From: Candidatus Saccharimonadota bacterium
Lineage (GTDB): Bacteria; Pseudomonadota; Alphaproteobacteria; Rickettsiales; Anaplasmataceae
DNA: 32,000 bases
Assembly: GCA_029715105.1 (NCBI GenBank)
Contig: CP085695.1
Coordinates: 330,001-362,000 of the forward strand
Direction: 5' to 3'
The translations under genes and the position numbers were made by a program. Under the pieces are notes generated by a model. The model saw only the letters and a program-made list of their open reading frames with translations. It searched no databases and was not told the DNA's origin. Shown here one piece after another: positions 20,251-30,105 of this stretch; position 1 is the stretch's first letter; every line of letters begins with the position of its first letter.

Positions 20251-20577
20251 TCATTGATTTATTTTACTATCAATCCAATTTGATAGATCATTTATTATAC
20301 CAATTTTACGTGCAATTTCTTTACCATTTTGAAATATAATTAAAGTTGGTATGGATTGTATTCCATATTTGCTCAACATCTCAGATCCTTCATCTATGTT
20401 AAACTTGCATACCTTGATTTTATTTTTCTTATCTCTAGCTAACTGTTCAATATATGGTATTAAGCTTTTACATGGTTTACACCATTCAGCCCAAAAATCC
20501 ACTAATGTAAATCCTTGATAGTCAGTAACTTCAGATTTAAAATTAAAGTCGTTCACGAGTATAATATTGTCTGTCAT
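20251..20577 (-). CDS. trxA: thioredoxin (active site WCKPC instead of WCGPC)
   Basis: 108 aa. VDFWAEWCKPCK, the cis-Pro region IQSIPTLIIF, and overall thioredoxin length and layout. Confidence 0.9.
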   Translation of the reverse strand: MTDNIILVNDFNFKSEVTDYQGFTLVDFWAEWCKPCKSLIPYIEQLARDKKNKIKVCKFNIDEGSEMLSKYGIQSIPTLIIFQNGKEIARKIGIINDLSNWIDSKINQ

Positions 20578-20804
20578 AGAATCACCAACCTATAAATATA
20601 CATTGATAATATATTAATGCATGCATTGATATAATCAATTAATAATTTTTTAATTGCATCATATAAAGTATCCTATGAGAAATTCATATAACATTTATGA
20701 TTGAAGCAGATGTTTACCTATCATTTTATATTTATATACTAAAGTAGACGTTATCACATTTATACTATGCTCCTATATTTTACTTATAAGGATATACAAA
20801 AACT

Positions 20805-21425
20805 TTATATATGATGACTAAAAATATCTACACTTTCCCATCCCATTAAATCTAATTTAACACGAATAGGGAGAAATTTAAAACATTTTTGAGCTAATTC
20901 TTTTCTTTTTTCACGTTCTAGCATAGAATCTAGTTTTTCTTTTATTTTATGAAGATATAAAACATCAGATGCAGCATATTTTTTTTGTTTATCTGTTAAA
21001 TTTTCATTTCCCCAGTCAGAAGACTGATACTGTTTGTTTAATTTAGTATTAAGTAATTCTGAACATAACTCTTTTAAACTATGATTAGCTGTGTAAGTGC
21101 GAACTAAACGTGAGGCTATTTTTGTACAATAGCATGGAAGTGCCCAAATTTTTAAATAATATCGTATTATACTAACATCAAATCGTGCAAAATGATATAT
21201 TTTAATTATATTTTTATTTTTCAATATTTTTCTCAAGTTTTTAGCTACATGATAATTTTTTAATTGAACTAAATGAGCTTCTCCTTCTCTAAAAGAGAGC
21301 TGTATGAGACATAATCTATCTCTGGAGTGGAATAGTCCCATAGCTTCTGTATCAACAGCTATAGACGCTATGTTATTTGGTACCAAATCGTTTGGTAAAT
21401 CATCTTTATATACGAATATTTTCAT
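20805..21425 (-). CDS. rnd: 3'-5' exonuclease, RNase D-like DEDDy family (exonuclease domain only)
   Basis: ExoI is AVDTEAMGL, ExoII is HFARFD and ExoIII is YAASDVLYL. I prefer the ATG at 21425 (MKIFVYKDDLP) over the upstream TTG at 21449 used in the ORF track. Confidence 0.8.
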   Translation of the reverse strand: MKIFVYKDDLPNDLVPNNIASIAVDTEAMGLFHSRDRLCLIQLSFREGEAHLVQLKNYHVAKNLRKILKNKNIIKIYHFARFDVSIIRYYLKIWALPCYCTKIASRLVRTYTANHSLKELCSELLNTKLNKQYQSSDWGNENLTDKQKKYAASDVLYLHKIKEKLDSMLEREKRKELAQKCFKFLPIRVKLDLMGWESVDIFSHHI

Positions 21426-21632
21426 AGTAAAAATTTTGCACAATATCAACTTATACGATATAATAAATATTAATAACTAAAAATAAGCTTTAAGTATACA
21501 TTTAGTACACAATTAATCTTTATAAAATGATAAAAGTTTGAGTATTTTAATTTTTAAATATAACGGTTAGTGATATTTTGTATCTATCAAAGTCGGCATA
21601 TTTTTATATGTTCCTAGGAAACAAAATGTTAT

Positions 21633-21705
21633 GCGGGAGTAGTTCAGTTGGTAGAACGCAACCTTGCCAAGGTTGAAGTCGAGGGTTCGAATCCCTTCTT
21701 CCGCT
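21633..21705 (+). tRNA. tRNA-Gly (GCC)
   Basis: Cloverleaf: GCGGGAG TA GTTC AGTTGGTA GAAC G CAACC TTGCCAA GGTTG AAGTC GAGGG TTCGAAT CCCTT CTTCCGC T. Discriminator is U. No CCA is encoded. Confidence 0.92.
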
Positions 21706-21722
21706 CTTTCAAAATTATGTTT

Positions 21723-21746
21723 CCCTCTAGGAGGGTGGGTTTTGTT
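21723..21746 (+). terminator. intrinsic terminator candidate after tRNA-Gly
   Basis: A GC-rich 5-bp stem CCCTC-TAG-GAGGG lies 18 nt after the tRNA and is followed by TGGGTTTTGTT. GC-rich stems are rare in this sequence. Confidence 0.45.
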
Positions 21747-22094
21747 ATATAGTTAAAAATACAATTTATAAACTTAAAAGAATTCAAAAAGTAAAAGTAT
21801 TATACTGTTTGTTCATTTTATGAAGAGATTGTAACAGAATATTTAGATAGTATTTGAGTTTTATTTAAAGGCTATATATTGCAAATGTGTTGTTCCAATT
21901 GGTTTTATTGTTTACTCATAGTATAAAACAAAGAGAAATTTAATTGTGTTTTAAAATTAAAGAGAGTAAAGATTCGCAATGATTTTTATTTTAACTTTAG
22001 GTAAAAACTACAAATTATTATTTGTGATTTCATTAAACTTGCATTTTTAATATAATTTAGTTATATTATTTTGATAAGTTAGATGTTTATATAG

Positions 22095-22964
22095 ATGAAA
22101 AATTTAAAGGAGTTATCCTTAAGGATTAATAATATTAGATCTATACAAAAGACCACGAAGATAATGCATATGGTTTCTGCAGTAAAATTATTACAGAGTC
22201 AAAAAAGATTATTAAATTCAAGATTATATATATCCGAATTATATGGTATCATTTTTTCATTGATATCTACGATTGATCAAGGTGCATTGGTGAAAATTTT
22301 AAACACTGGTGAAGATGATCTTTGTCTTGTATTTATCATTGTATCTGATCGCGGCTTATGTGGTAATTTCAATTCTTCTATTATGAAATTTAGTAAGAGA
22401 CATGTAAATAGGTTAGCTACAGATGGCAAAAAGGTAGATATTGTATTTTATGGCAAAAAAGCTTTTGATATGGAAAGAGATGAATTTCTTTCTAAAAGAA
22501 TCTTAAAAATTGAAAATAGCAATGGAGTTATGTTAGAACGCATAGAATCACTAATTGATGATATCAATATCGATAAGTATAGTAGAATAGAAATTGTTTA
22601 TAACAAATTTTGTAATACTTTTATACGCAAACCAACTTTAGAATTGGTAAAGCCATGGAATAAAGATTCATCTTTAATTTGTAGCTCATTAGTTAATTTA
22701 GTAATAAATAGCTACGAGTATGAACCACAAAATATTAAGTTTATTTTACGATTTTTGATTAATAATTATGTTATAGCTTCTATTTATTCTGCTTTACATG
22801 AAAGTATAACAAGTGAGAATGGAGCTAGAATGATTGTAATGGAGTTAGCAAATAAAAATTCTGGAGAAATACTAGATAAATTAACACTTCTTTATAATTG
22901 TTCTCGTCAAGCGAGGATTACTACTGACTTAATTGAGATAGTAAGTGCTGCTGAATCTTTGTAA
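22095..22964 (+). CDS. atpG: F0F1 ATP synthase subunit gamma
   Basis: N-terminus [38 protein letters not shown], and C-terminal [22 protein letters not shown]. No other atp genes are adjacent. Confidence 0.92.
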   Translation: MKNLKELSLRINNIRSIQKTTKIMHMVSAVKLLQSQKRLLNSRLYISELYGIIFSLISTIDQGALVKILNTGEDDLCLVFIIVSDRGLCGNFNSSIMKFSKRHVNRLATDGKKVDIVFYGKKAFDMERDEFLSKRILKIENSNGVMLERIESLIDDINIDKYSRIEIVYNKFCNTFIRKPTLELVKPWNKDSSLICSSLVNLVINSYEYEPQNIKFILRFLINNYVIASIYSALHESITSENGARMIVMELANKNSGEILDKLTLLYNCSRQARITTDLIEIVSAAESL

Positions 22965-22983
22965 AATTTGAGGAAGTATAAAA

Positions 22984-24324
22984 GTGAATATACTAAACAT
23001 AGTAATAGATGTTATCAAATTAATAAAGAGCCAGTGTCAAGATGATGCAGAAGTTATAGTATATGAAACTATTAAAGTTTTGGTTTCTCAACGATTATCA
23101 AAAATTGAACAAGTATTGCAATCTAAAAATTGTACTTTAGGAATTAGAATTATAGTGAATAAAACTAAGGTCGCATATGTTTCTACAAATAATTTAAATA
23201 ATCTTAGTGAGCTAGTTAAAATGGTAATAGAAATGGCAAAATCTGCTCCAGAAGATCCTTACATTAATTTTGCAATAAATGAAAAAGATGATTCTGTTTT
23301 TTCAGAAAGTTTAGGTATTTTGGACAAAAGCATTATAACTGTTGATAATTTAAAAGATATCGCTAAAGCTACAGAAAATTCCGCTCTTTCATATAAATAT
23401 ATTGTTAACTCTGAAGGGGCTTCTTCTTCATATATTTTAATGAATACAGCATTATCTACTGTTTCTGGCTTTATTGGTTCGTTTAGTAAATCAATTTTTA
23501 TTAACCAAGTTTCTGTTGTTGCTAGAGAAAAAAATGAAATGAAGGTTGGTTATGATTATGATTTAGCGTGTAATTTTAATGATTTAAAATCACCGGAATT
23601 AACAGGAGGAGAAGCAGCGAGAAAGGCAATTAATCAATTAAATTCTCGTACAATTAAAACTGGTAAATTTCCTGTTATTTTTGAGAAAAGGGCAGCAAAA
23701 GAAATAGTTAAGAGTTTTGCTTCTGCTATAAATGGCACTAATATCATAAGTAATAGCTCTTTTTTAGGAAAGTATTTAAATACTAAAATTTTTAATAATA
23801 AAATTAATATTATTGATGATCCTTCGTTGTTAAAGGGAATAGAATCAAGACCGTTTGATGGAGAGGGGATAATTAGTAAAAAAAATATACTTGTAGAAGA
23901 TGGAGTGTTACAAAATTGGATTTTGGACTTATATTCTTCTAAAAAATTGAATTTAAAAACTACAGGAAATGCTATTCGTGCACATAATGCGTCAATTTAT
24001 CCAATGGCTAGTAATTTTTATATTGAAAATGGTAGTGTTTCATTTGAGGAACTTATTGGTGAAGTGAAAGAAGGAATATATATAACAGATTTATTTGGTT
24101 TTGGTATTAATTTGGTTAACGGTAATTATAGCCAGGGTGCATCAGGATTTTTTATAGAAAACGGAAAGATAACGTATCCAATACATGAAATTACTGTTGC
24201 TAATAACTTGAGAAATATGTTTTGTGATTTAATTGTTGCAAATGACTTAACTTTTTGTGGACAATTTAATTCACCAACAATTAAAGTTAATGAAATGACA
24301 GTCTCAGGTTCGCTCGGAAGTTAG
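22984..24324 (+). CDS. pmbA: TldD/PmbA-family metalloprotease (PmbA/TldE-like)
   Basis: Length and C-terminal half are typical of the family (RPFDGEG, YITDL.G.G.N...G.YS.GASGF.IENG). GTG start has the SD GAGGAAG and lies 19 bp after atpG. Confidence 0.82.
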   Translation: MNILNIVIDVIKLIKSQCQDDAEVIVYETIKVLVSQRLSKIEQVLQSKNCTLGIRIIVNKTKVAYVSTNNLNNLSELVKMVIEMAKSAPEDPYINFAINEKDDSVFSESLGILDKSIITVDNLKDIAKATENSALSYKYIVNSEGASSSYILMNTALSTVSGFIGSFSKSIFINQVSVVAREKNEMKVGYDYDLACNFNDLKSPELTGGEAARKAINQLNSRTIKTGKFPVIFEKRAAKEIVKSFASAINGTNIISNSSFLGKYLNTKIFNNKINIIDDPSLLKGIESRPFDGEGIISKKNILVEDGVLQNWILDLYSSKKLNLKTTGNAIRAHNASIYPMASNFYIENGSVSFEELIGEVKEGIYITDLFGFGINLVNGNYSQGASGFFIENGKITYPIHEITVANNLRNMFCDLIVANDLTFCGQFNSPTIKVNEMTVSGSLGS

Positions 24325-24331
24325 AAACTTA

Positions 24332-24360
24332 TTGCATTTATATAATAACAATATTATAAT
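24332..24360 (+). promoter_or_regulatory. sigma70-type promoter candidate for the cold-shock gene
   Basis: TTGCAT-N17-TATAAT. The implied 5' UTR is about 110 nt, consistent with the long leaders of cspA-type genes. This is a sequence match only. Confidence 0.4.
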
Positions 24361-24479
24361 ATTCATATAATCGAGAGAAACCATTGATATGAGATTTATC
24401 CGATATTCTGGATATTCGGTTTGGCTTGGAGATTTCATCTTCTTTGGTAAAGTTGGCTAATAGTTTAGAGGTTGTTTAA

Positions 24480-24734
24480 ATGGAATTTGGTAATATAAAA
24501 TGGTTTAATACTGAGAAGGGTTATGGCTTTATCAAACCTGAAACTGAAGGAAGTGATGTTTTTGTACATATTAGTACTTTAGAGCGCTCTGGAATAAAAC
24601 CAGATCTTCTTAAGGGGGAAAATAGAGAGAAGGGAATGAAAGGTGAAAGGGTGAGTTATGAGCTCAAAGAAGAACGAGATAGGAATGGAAAGGAGAAAAA
24701 GTTTGCAGTAAATTTGAAATTACTTGAAGATTAA
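24480..24734 (+). CDS. cspA: cold-shock domain protein (CspA family) with charged insertion and C-terminal extension
   Basis: RNP1 is KGYGFI and RNP2 is DVFVHI. At 84 aa it is about 15 aa longer than canonical Csp proteins because of Lys/Glu/Arg-rich segments. Confidence 0.88.
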   Translation: MEFGNIKWFNTEKGYGFIKPETEGSDVFVHISTLERSGIKPDLLKGENREKGMKGERVSYELKEERDRNGKEKKFAVNLKLLED

Positions 24735-25169
24735 CACTGTACCTAACAAAAGATTTTGTGATTTCAGTTTGTGTAGTATGACCATTGTATGAAGTTGGAG
24801 ATTTTGTCTTATTTAAGTAATGGTTAGTTGGTCTAGTATTGTTATCAAAATATTCCTGTAAACGTTTTAGTTTTAAACAGTAATTATACTGTGATACCCT
24901 AAGGCATCTCAAAAAGATTTAATAAAATAAAAAGTTATATTTTATATAAAATCTCGCGTTTATTGTCTCAATATTTGAATGTGTTTAATTACATTATATC
25001 AATGTTTTAAAACTTTTACTTTTTGATTAGCATTCTAAGTATATTCATAAAACTATGAGAGTTCTAATTATTGAAATTATTAATTTTTATATAAAACGTA
25101 TTAAAAATATGCTAATTATATTAAATATCTATTATTTATTAAAAGTATTTTTATATAAAGTTTTTTAAA

Positions 25170-25688
25170 ATGAAAGCAAAAAGGAAGAAATTTAGTTTTA
25201 CGTTAGAAAATCTTAAGAAAGTAAAGAAATTTATAAAAATGTATCCAAATGGTAAAAGTGCCATTATGCCTTTATTATATTTGGTTCAAGAACAATGTGG
25301 ATGGGTTTCTGAATCTGCTATGCAATATGTTGCCGATATGCTACATATTCCACATATTTATGTGTATGAAGTAGCAAGCTTTTATACAATGTATAATTTA
25401 AAACCAGTTGGTAAGTATCTTATACAGGTTTGTAGAACAACCCCATGTTGGTTATGTAATAGCGAAGATGTATTAAACGCTTTTAAAAAAAAGCTTGGAA
25501 TTAATATAGGTGAATCTACTAAAGATAATATGTTTTCTCTAAAAGAAGTTGAATGTCTTGGTGCATGCGTTAATGCTCCAGTTGTACAAATTAATGATAG
25601 TTATTATGAAAATCTTACTTCCGAAAGAGTAGGAGATATTTTAGTAAGGTTACAGAAAATGGATAGCAAAGAAAAGAAATTTTTATAA
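25170..25688 (+). CDS. nuoE: NADH-quinone oxidoreductase subunit E (24 kDa subunit)
   Basis: The 2Fe-2S ligand pattern is CRTTPC ... CLGAC, with a thioredoxin-like fold layout. No other nuo genes are adjacent. Confidence 0.93.
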   Translation: MKAKRKKFSFTLENLKKVKKFIKMYPNGKSAIMPLLYLVQEQCGWVSESAMQYVADMLHIPHIYVYEVASFYTMYNLKPVGKYLIQVCRTTPCWLCNSEDVLNAFKKKLGINIGESTKDNMFSLKEVECLGACVNAPVVQINDSYYENLTSERVGDILVRLQKMDSKEKKFL

Positions 25689-26471
25689 TTTCTTTTAATT
25701 AAAGAGTGTCAAATTACTTCAAATACTTTTTTTTAAGGAATGCGATTCATAGGCCTTATATAAAGGTATTTGCCTTATTTACATTTTTACATATAGAATA
25801 GTTGATCTCTATCACAAAGACCTGGGCACTTTTTAGTTTTTCACTTTGAAAGTGTTGGATTTTTTACAAAAACTCAATGATAAATTTAATTTTAAACGTT
25901 TTCTATCATTAGAAAAATATATAATTTTACATATTATCTGTTATATATGTACCTTAAAGGCTTGTAAAAAAGCTAATTGTTAACTTTAAAAAAAGTTTTT
26001 TTAATGTATAAATTCCTAGTCAAGATTTTAATATATCTTTTAAAAAGAATTTTTCTAAAAATATTTAAACAAAACTTGCGCTATTAATAAGGTATAAAAA
26101 ATTAAAAATTACATAATTAGTTAAAGTTTAACTTTTATAGTTGATTACACTAATGTATTAGTGAATTCTTAAAGGTTGAAGTTTTAAACAAAATATAATA
26201 AGATGTGTGTCTTGAGAGTTATATAACTCGTTATATATTCTTATTCTACGTGATAAAATTAGTTTGTTATTAAATTAAATACATATATAATTGAAATTAT
26301 CTTCTAATAAAAGAAACGGAATAAAAATTTTTAGAGGGATTATATAATAATTACATAATGTGAGTTAGAGTTACGCGAAGCGAGGCTGTGTTAACAATGT
26401 AATTACAAAATTAATTTTTAATATTTATTAAAAATAAACCTAATTTTATTCTATAAATTAAGAAATTAATT

Positions 26472-27848
26472 TTGAGTTTAATGCTTTTGAAATTTACATT
26501 TTTTCTTGGTTTTTTTGGATTATATTCTTTTTTCTTATTATTTTTTTTTTATATTTTTATAAAAAATAAAAAATTAAACGAAGAAATAATAAGGTCTGTA
26601 AATTTTAGAGATAACTTACGCAAATTAGAACATAATCTTCAGGAAGCAAGGCAGACTTTAATTAAAAAAGAGCAAGAAATAACAAACTTAAAAGTTAAAA
26701 ATACAGAGGTAATAGTAACTCTACAAAAAGAACGCGAAGAAAAGAAAAAGGAAATAGAATTATTAACAAAAGCTGAAAAAAGACTTATAAGTGCATTTAA
26801 GATACTTTCTCTTGACGCTTTGCATGTAAATAACAATAATTTTTTAAATCTTGCGAGAGAAGTAATTGATAGTAAATTAAAAGAAACAGAAAATAGTTTT
26901 CAGAAAAGAGAGGCAACTATTGATGGAATCATAACTCCAATTAAAGAAAAATTAGAGAAATTTGATAATGAAATACGTAAATTAGAAAAAGAAAGAGTAG
27001 GAGCTTATGAAGGTCTAAAAGAACAAATTAATATGTTGATGAACCAAACTTCTAGCCTTGCAAACGCCTTAAGGAAACCTCATGTAAAAGGAAGATGGGG
27101 AGAGATGCAGTTAAAAAGAGTAGTAGAAATAGCAGGTATGGTTGAATATTGTGATTTTTTTGTTCAACCTTCAGCAGTTAATAAAAGTGAAGATAATTTA
27201 CTGCGTCCTGATTTGATAATTAAAATGCCATCCGGAAAACAAATAATAATAGATGCTAAAGTACCTCTTGATTCTTATCTTGATGCTATATCGCAAAATG
27301 ATTTACAAATACAAAAAGAAAAATTAAAAAATCATTCTTTAATAATAAAGAAACATATAAATGATTTGAGCAAAAAAGAGTATTGGAGTCAATTTGAAAA
27401 CACTCCAGAATTTGTAGTACTTTTCCTCACTGGAGAAGGAGTTTTTAGTGCAGCATTAGAATACGAACCGTCTTTAATAGAGATAGGAGTAAAAAAAAAA
27501 GTGATTATTGCAACACCAATTACTTTGATAGCCCTGCTCAGAACGGTAGCATATGGATGGAAACAGGAGATAATAACTGAAAACGCAAAAAAAATTAGTG
27601 AACTTGGTAGTATTTTATATAATCGTATATGTATAATTAGCAAAAATTTTGACAATTTACATAAAAGTTTAAAGAGTACTGTCCGTCACTACAACGATAC
27701 TATAGCTTCTTTTGAAGCAAGAGTATTTCCAGCTGCACGAAAATTTAATAAACTTGGTATACACACAAAGAGTAAAGAGTTAAATTCTGCTAAAAAATTA
27801 GAGTCTTTACCACGTAATTTACATGTTAAAGAGTTCAAAACAGATTAA
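26472..27848 (+). CDS. rmuC: DNA recombination protein RmuC
   Basis: N-terminal TM helix, a long coiled-coil region, then the RmuC nuclease-like domain (RGRWGEMQLKRVVE, RPDLII..P....IIIDAKVPL, VLFLTGE). The start is the TTG at 26472 or the ATG at 26481. Confidence 0.88.
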   Translation: MSLMLLKFTFFLGFFGLYSFFLLFFFYIFIKNKKLNEEIIRSVNFRDNLRKLEHNLQEARQTLIKKEQEITNLKVKNTEVIVTLQKEREEKKKEIELLTKAEKRLISAFKILSLDALHVNNNNFLNLAREVIDSKLKETENSFQKREATIDGIITPIKEKLEKFDNEIRKLEKERVGAYEGLKEQINMLMNQTSSLANALRKPHVKGRWGEMQLKRVVEIAGMVEYCDFFVQPSAVNKSEDNLLRPDLIIKMPSGKQIIIDAKVPLDSYLDAISQNDLQIQKEKLKNHSLIIKKHINDLSKKEYWSQFENTPEFVVLFLTGEGVFSAALEYEPSLIEIGVKKKVIIATPITLIALLRTVAYGWKQEIITENAKKISELGSILYNRICIISKNFDNLHKSLKSTVRHYNDTIASFEARVFPAARKFNKLGIHTKSKELNSAKKLESLPRNLHVKEFKTD

Positions 27849-28031
27849 GTTTTATAATTTAGTAAAAAGAATATTAAATGTTTTGCGTATTCTGTTATTT
27901 TTATTTAAATTTCCATCTATAAATTTTGATTCCTTAATCTTATTCTAACTATAAGAACATAAACAGTTTTTAGTTTATTTAAAATATTAAGTCTGCAAAG
28001 AAGAGCTATTATTTTTGATGAAATTTGTAGA

Positions 28032-28055
28032 TTTATTAAAAATTTTATTAAAAAT
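28032..28055. repeat. perfect 12-bp tandem duplication (TTTATTAAAAAT x2)
   Basis: Read directly from the sequence. A related AAAATTTTATTAAAATT occurs again near 28123-28139. Confidence 0.9.
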
Positions 28056-28525
28056 TGACTAGGGAGTATATATGATATATATATATAAAATATACATAAT
28101 TTTAATTTTCTATAGTGTTAAAAAATTTTATTAAAATTAAAGAAGAATAAAATTTCGAAATTAGTTTCAAGAATTTTCAATTAAAGAATCTCTTGATTTA
28201 AGGAACATCAGTTTCGTATTTATGAATTTTTTGATGAAGTTGTAATAAAGTTTTATAATTACAAACTTATATTAAAATCGACTTTCACTAGGTGCAAAAT
28301 AATGTACTTTAAATAGCTTAAAAATTGCAGGATTAATAAAGAGATACACCAAAAAATAAAAAAATATAGTTCACATTAAATTTACATTTATATAACAATT
28401 TTATAAAATTTCATATACATGTAACATAATTACAAAATAATGGAAGGGTTTGTTTTGTGCTATATTATATATATGGCATATAATAGAGTTAATATTTTTT
28501 ATTTGTTATTGAATTTTAATATTAT

Positions 28526-30034
28526 ATGAATTTTAAATCAGTTGTTTTGTGTATATTGGATGGTTGGGGAAACGGAATAGAAAATAGTAGGTATAATGCT
28601 ATTAGTAGCGCTGATCCACCATGTTGGAAATATATTAGTTCTAATTATCCAAGATGTAATTTATCAGCCTGTGGGGTCGACGTTGGGTTACCAGATGATC
28701 AAGTAGGAAGTTCAGAAGTTGGACACATGAATATCGGAAGTGGAAGAATAATAATGCAAAATTTACAACGCATTAATCAAGAAATAGAAACAATAGAAAA
28801 TAATGTAAATTTACAAAATTTTATTAATGTATTGAAAGGTAGCGGTGGTGTTTGTCATATACTTGGATTAGTATCAAATGGTGGTGTTCATTCGCATCAA
28901 AAACACATTTTATTTCTAGCAAATAAAATATCACAATATGGAATTAGGGTAATGATACATGCATTTTTAGATGGAAGAGATACGTTACCGAATTCTGGAA
29001 AAAAATGTATTTATGAATTCGAAAAAGGTATAAAAGGCAATGATAATATAAAAATTGCTACTATTTCTGGGCGTTACTATGCTATGGATAGAGATAATAG
29101 GTGGGAAAGAACAATTAAAGCTTATAAAGCCATAGCATTTGCAAATGCACCTTATTATCGCAGTGCTACATCGTTAATTGATAATAGTTATCAAAATAGT
29201 ATAACTGATGAATTTATTAAGCCTGCGATAATATGTAATTATCATGGTATGAAGCGGGAAGATGGGGTATTATTAGCTAATTTTCGCGCAGATCGTATGT
29301 TACAATTAACAAATATTTTACTTGGTAAAACCAACTACACTAAAATAGTAAAACTTTCTTCAATTTTAAGTATGGTGCAATATAATGAACATTTAAAAAT
29401 TCCATACCTTTTTCCTCCTATATCTCTTACGAATACTTTAGGATGTGTAGTATCTGATAATAAATTACGACAGTTGCGCATTGCTGAAACTGAAAAGTAT
29501 GCTCATGTAACTTTTTTCTTTAATTGTGGAAAAGAGGAACCTTTTCCAAGAGAAGAAAGGATTTTAATCCCTTCTCCCAAAATTAAAACTTATGATTTGT
29601 GTCCTGAAATGTCAGCTTTTAAGATTACAGAGAAACTTATAGAGAAAATTTTTTCTCAAGAATTTGCATTGATAGTTGTAAATTATGCTAATGCTGATAT
29701 GGTAGGTCATACTGGTAATATAAGAGCAGCTCAAAAAGCTGTATTAATTGTAGATATTTGTCTTGCAAGGATACTTAATGTTATTAAGAAGGTTGGCAAT
29801 ACTGTACTCAGTATTACTGCAGATCACGGAAATATTGAGTATATATTTGATGAGAAAAATAATACACCTCATACATCGCACACTTTAAATGCAGTTCCAT
29901 TCGTTTTATATTCTAGTTCTTATAATAATTTTAAACTAAGAAATGGAAAATTATCCGATATTGCCCCTACCATTCTACAGCTACTTGGAATTGAGAAACC
30001 AAATGAAATGACAGGTAACAGTCTATTGGTATAA
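28526..30034 (+). CDS. gpmI: 2,3-bisphosphoglycerate-independent phosphoglycerate mutase
   Basis: [63 protein letters not shown]. Confidence 0.95.
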   Translation: MNFKSVVLCILDGWGNGIENSRYNAISSADPPCWKYISSNYPRCNLSACGVDVGLPDDQVGSSEVGHMNIGSGRIIMQNLQRINQEIETIENNVNLQNFINVLKGSGGVCHILGLVSNGGVHSHQKHILFLANKISQYGIRVMIHAFLDGRDTLPNSGKKCIYEFEKGIKGNDNIKIATISGRYYAMDRDNRWERTIKAYKAIAFANAPYYRSATSLIDNSYQNSITDEFIKPAIICNYHGMKREDGVLLANFRADRMLQLTNILLGKTNYTKIVKLSSILSMVQYNEHLKIPYLFPPISLTNTLGCVVSDNKLRQLRIAETEKYAHVTFFFNCGKEEPFPREERILIPSPKIKTYDLCPEMSAFKITEKLIEKIFSQEFALIVVNYANADMVGHTGNIRAAQKAVLIVDICLARILNVIKKVGNTVLSITADHGNIEYIFDEKNNTPHTSHTLNAVPFVLYSSSYNNFKLRNGKLSDIAPTILQLLGIEKPNEMTGNSLLV

Positions 30035-30105
30035 AGTATTTTATCGCAAAATGTATCTCTTATTGCGATACATTAAAAATATTTATTACCACTTTTAATT
30101 TTTGT

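Noticed and set aside
24398-24420. CCGATATTCTGGATATTCGG, which resembles the tmRNA 5' end (GAUUCUGGAUUCGAC).
   Set aside because: The similarity is only a few bases. There is no tRNA-like acceptor or T-arm and no tag reading frame. The tandem 9-mer in the csp leader explains it better.
24664-24912. 82-aa minus-strand ORF treated as a live gene.
   Set aside because: It starts at a TTG immediately after a stop codon, and its last roughly 24 codons are antisense to csp. I kept only the central part, as a possible gene relic (see findings).
26127-26150. A third copy of the gatB/atpG upstream motif.
   Set aside because: Only a 12-mer is exact, and the rest of the alignment needs gaps. A 12-mer sub-match to a 39-nt query is within chance expectation in 64 kb of two-strand AT-rich sequence. 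It is mentioned only as weak support.
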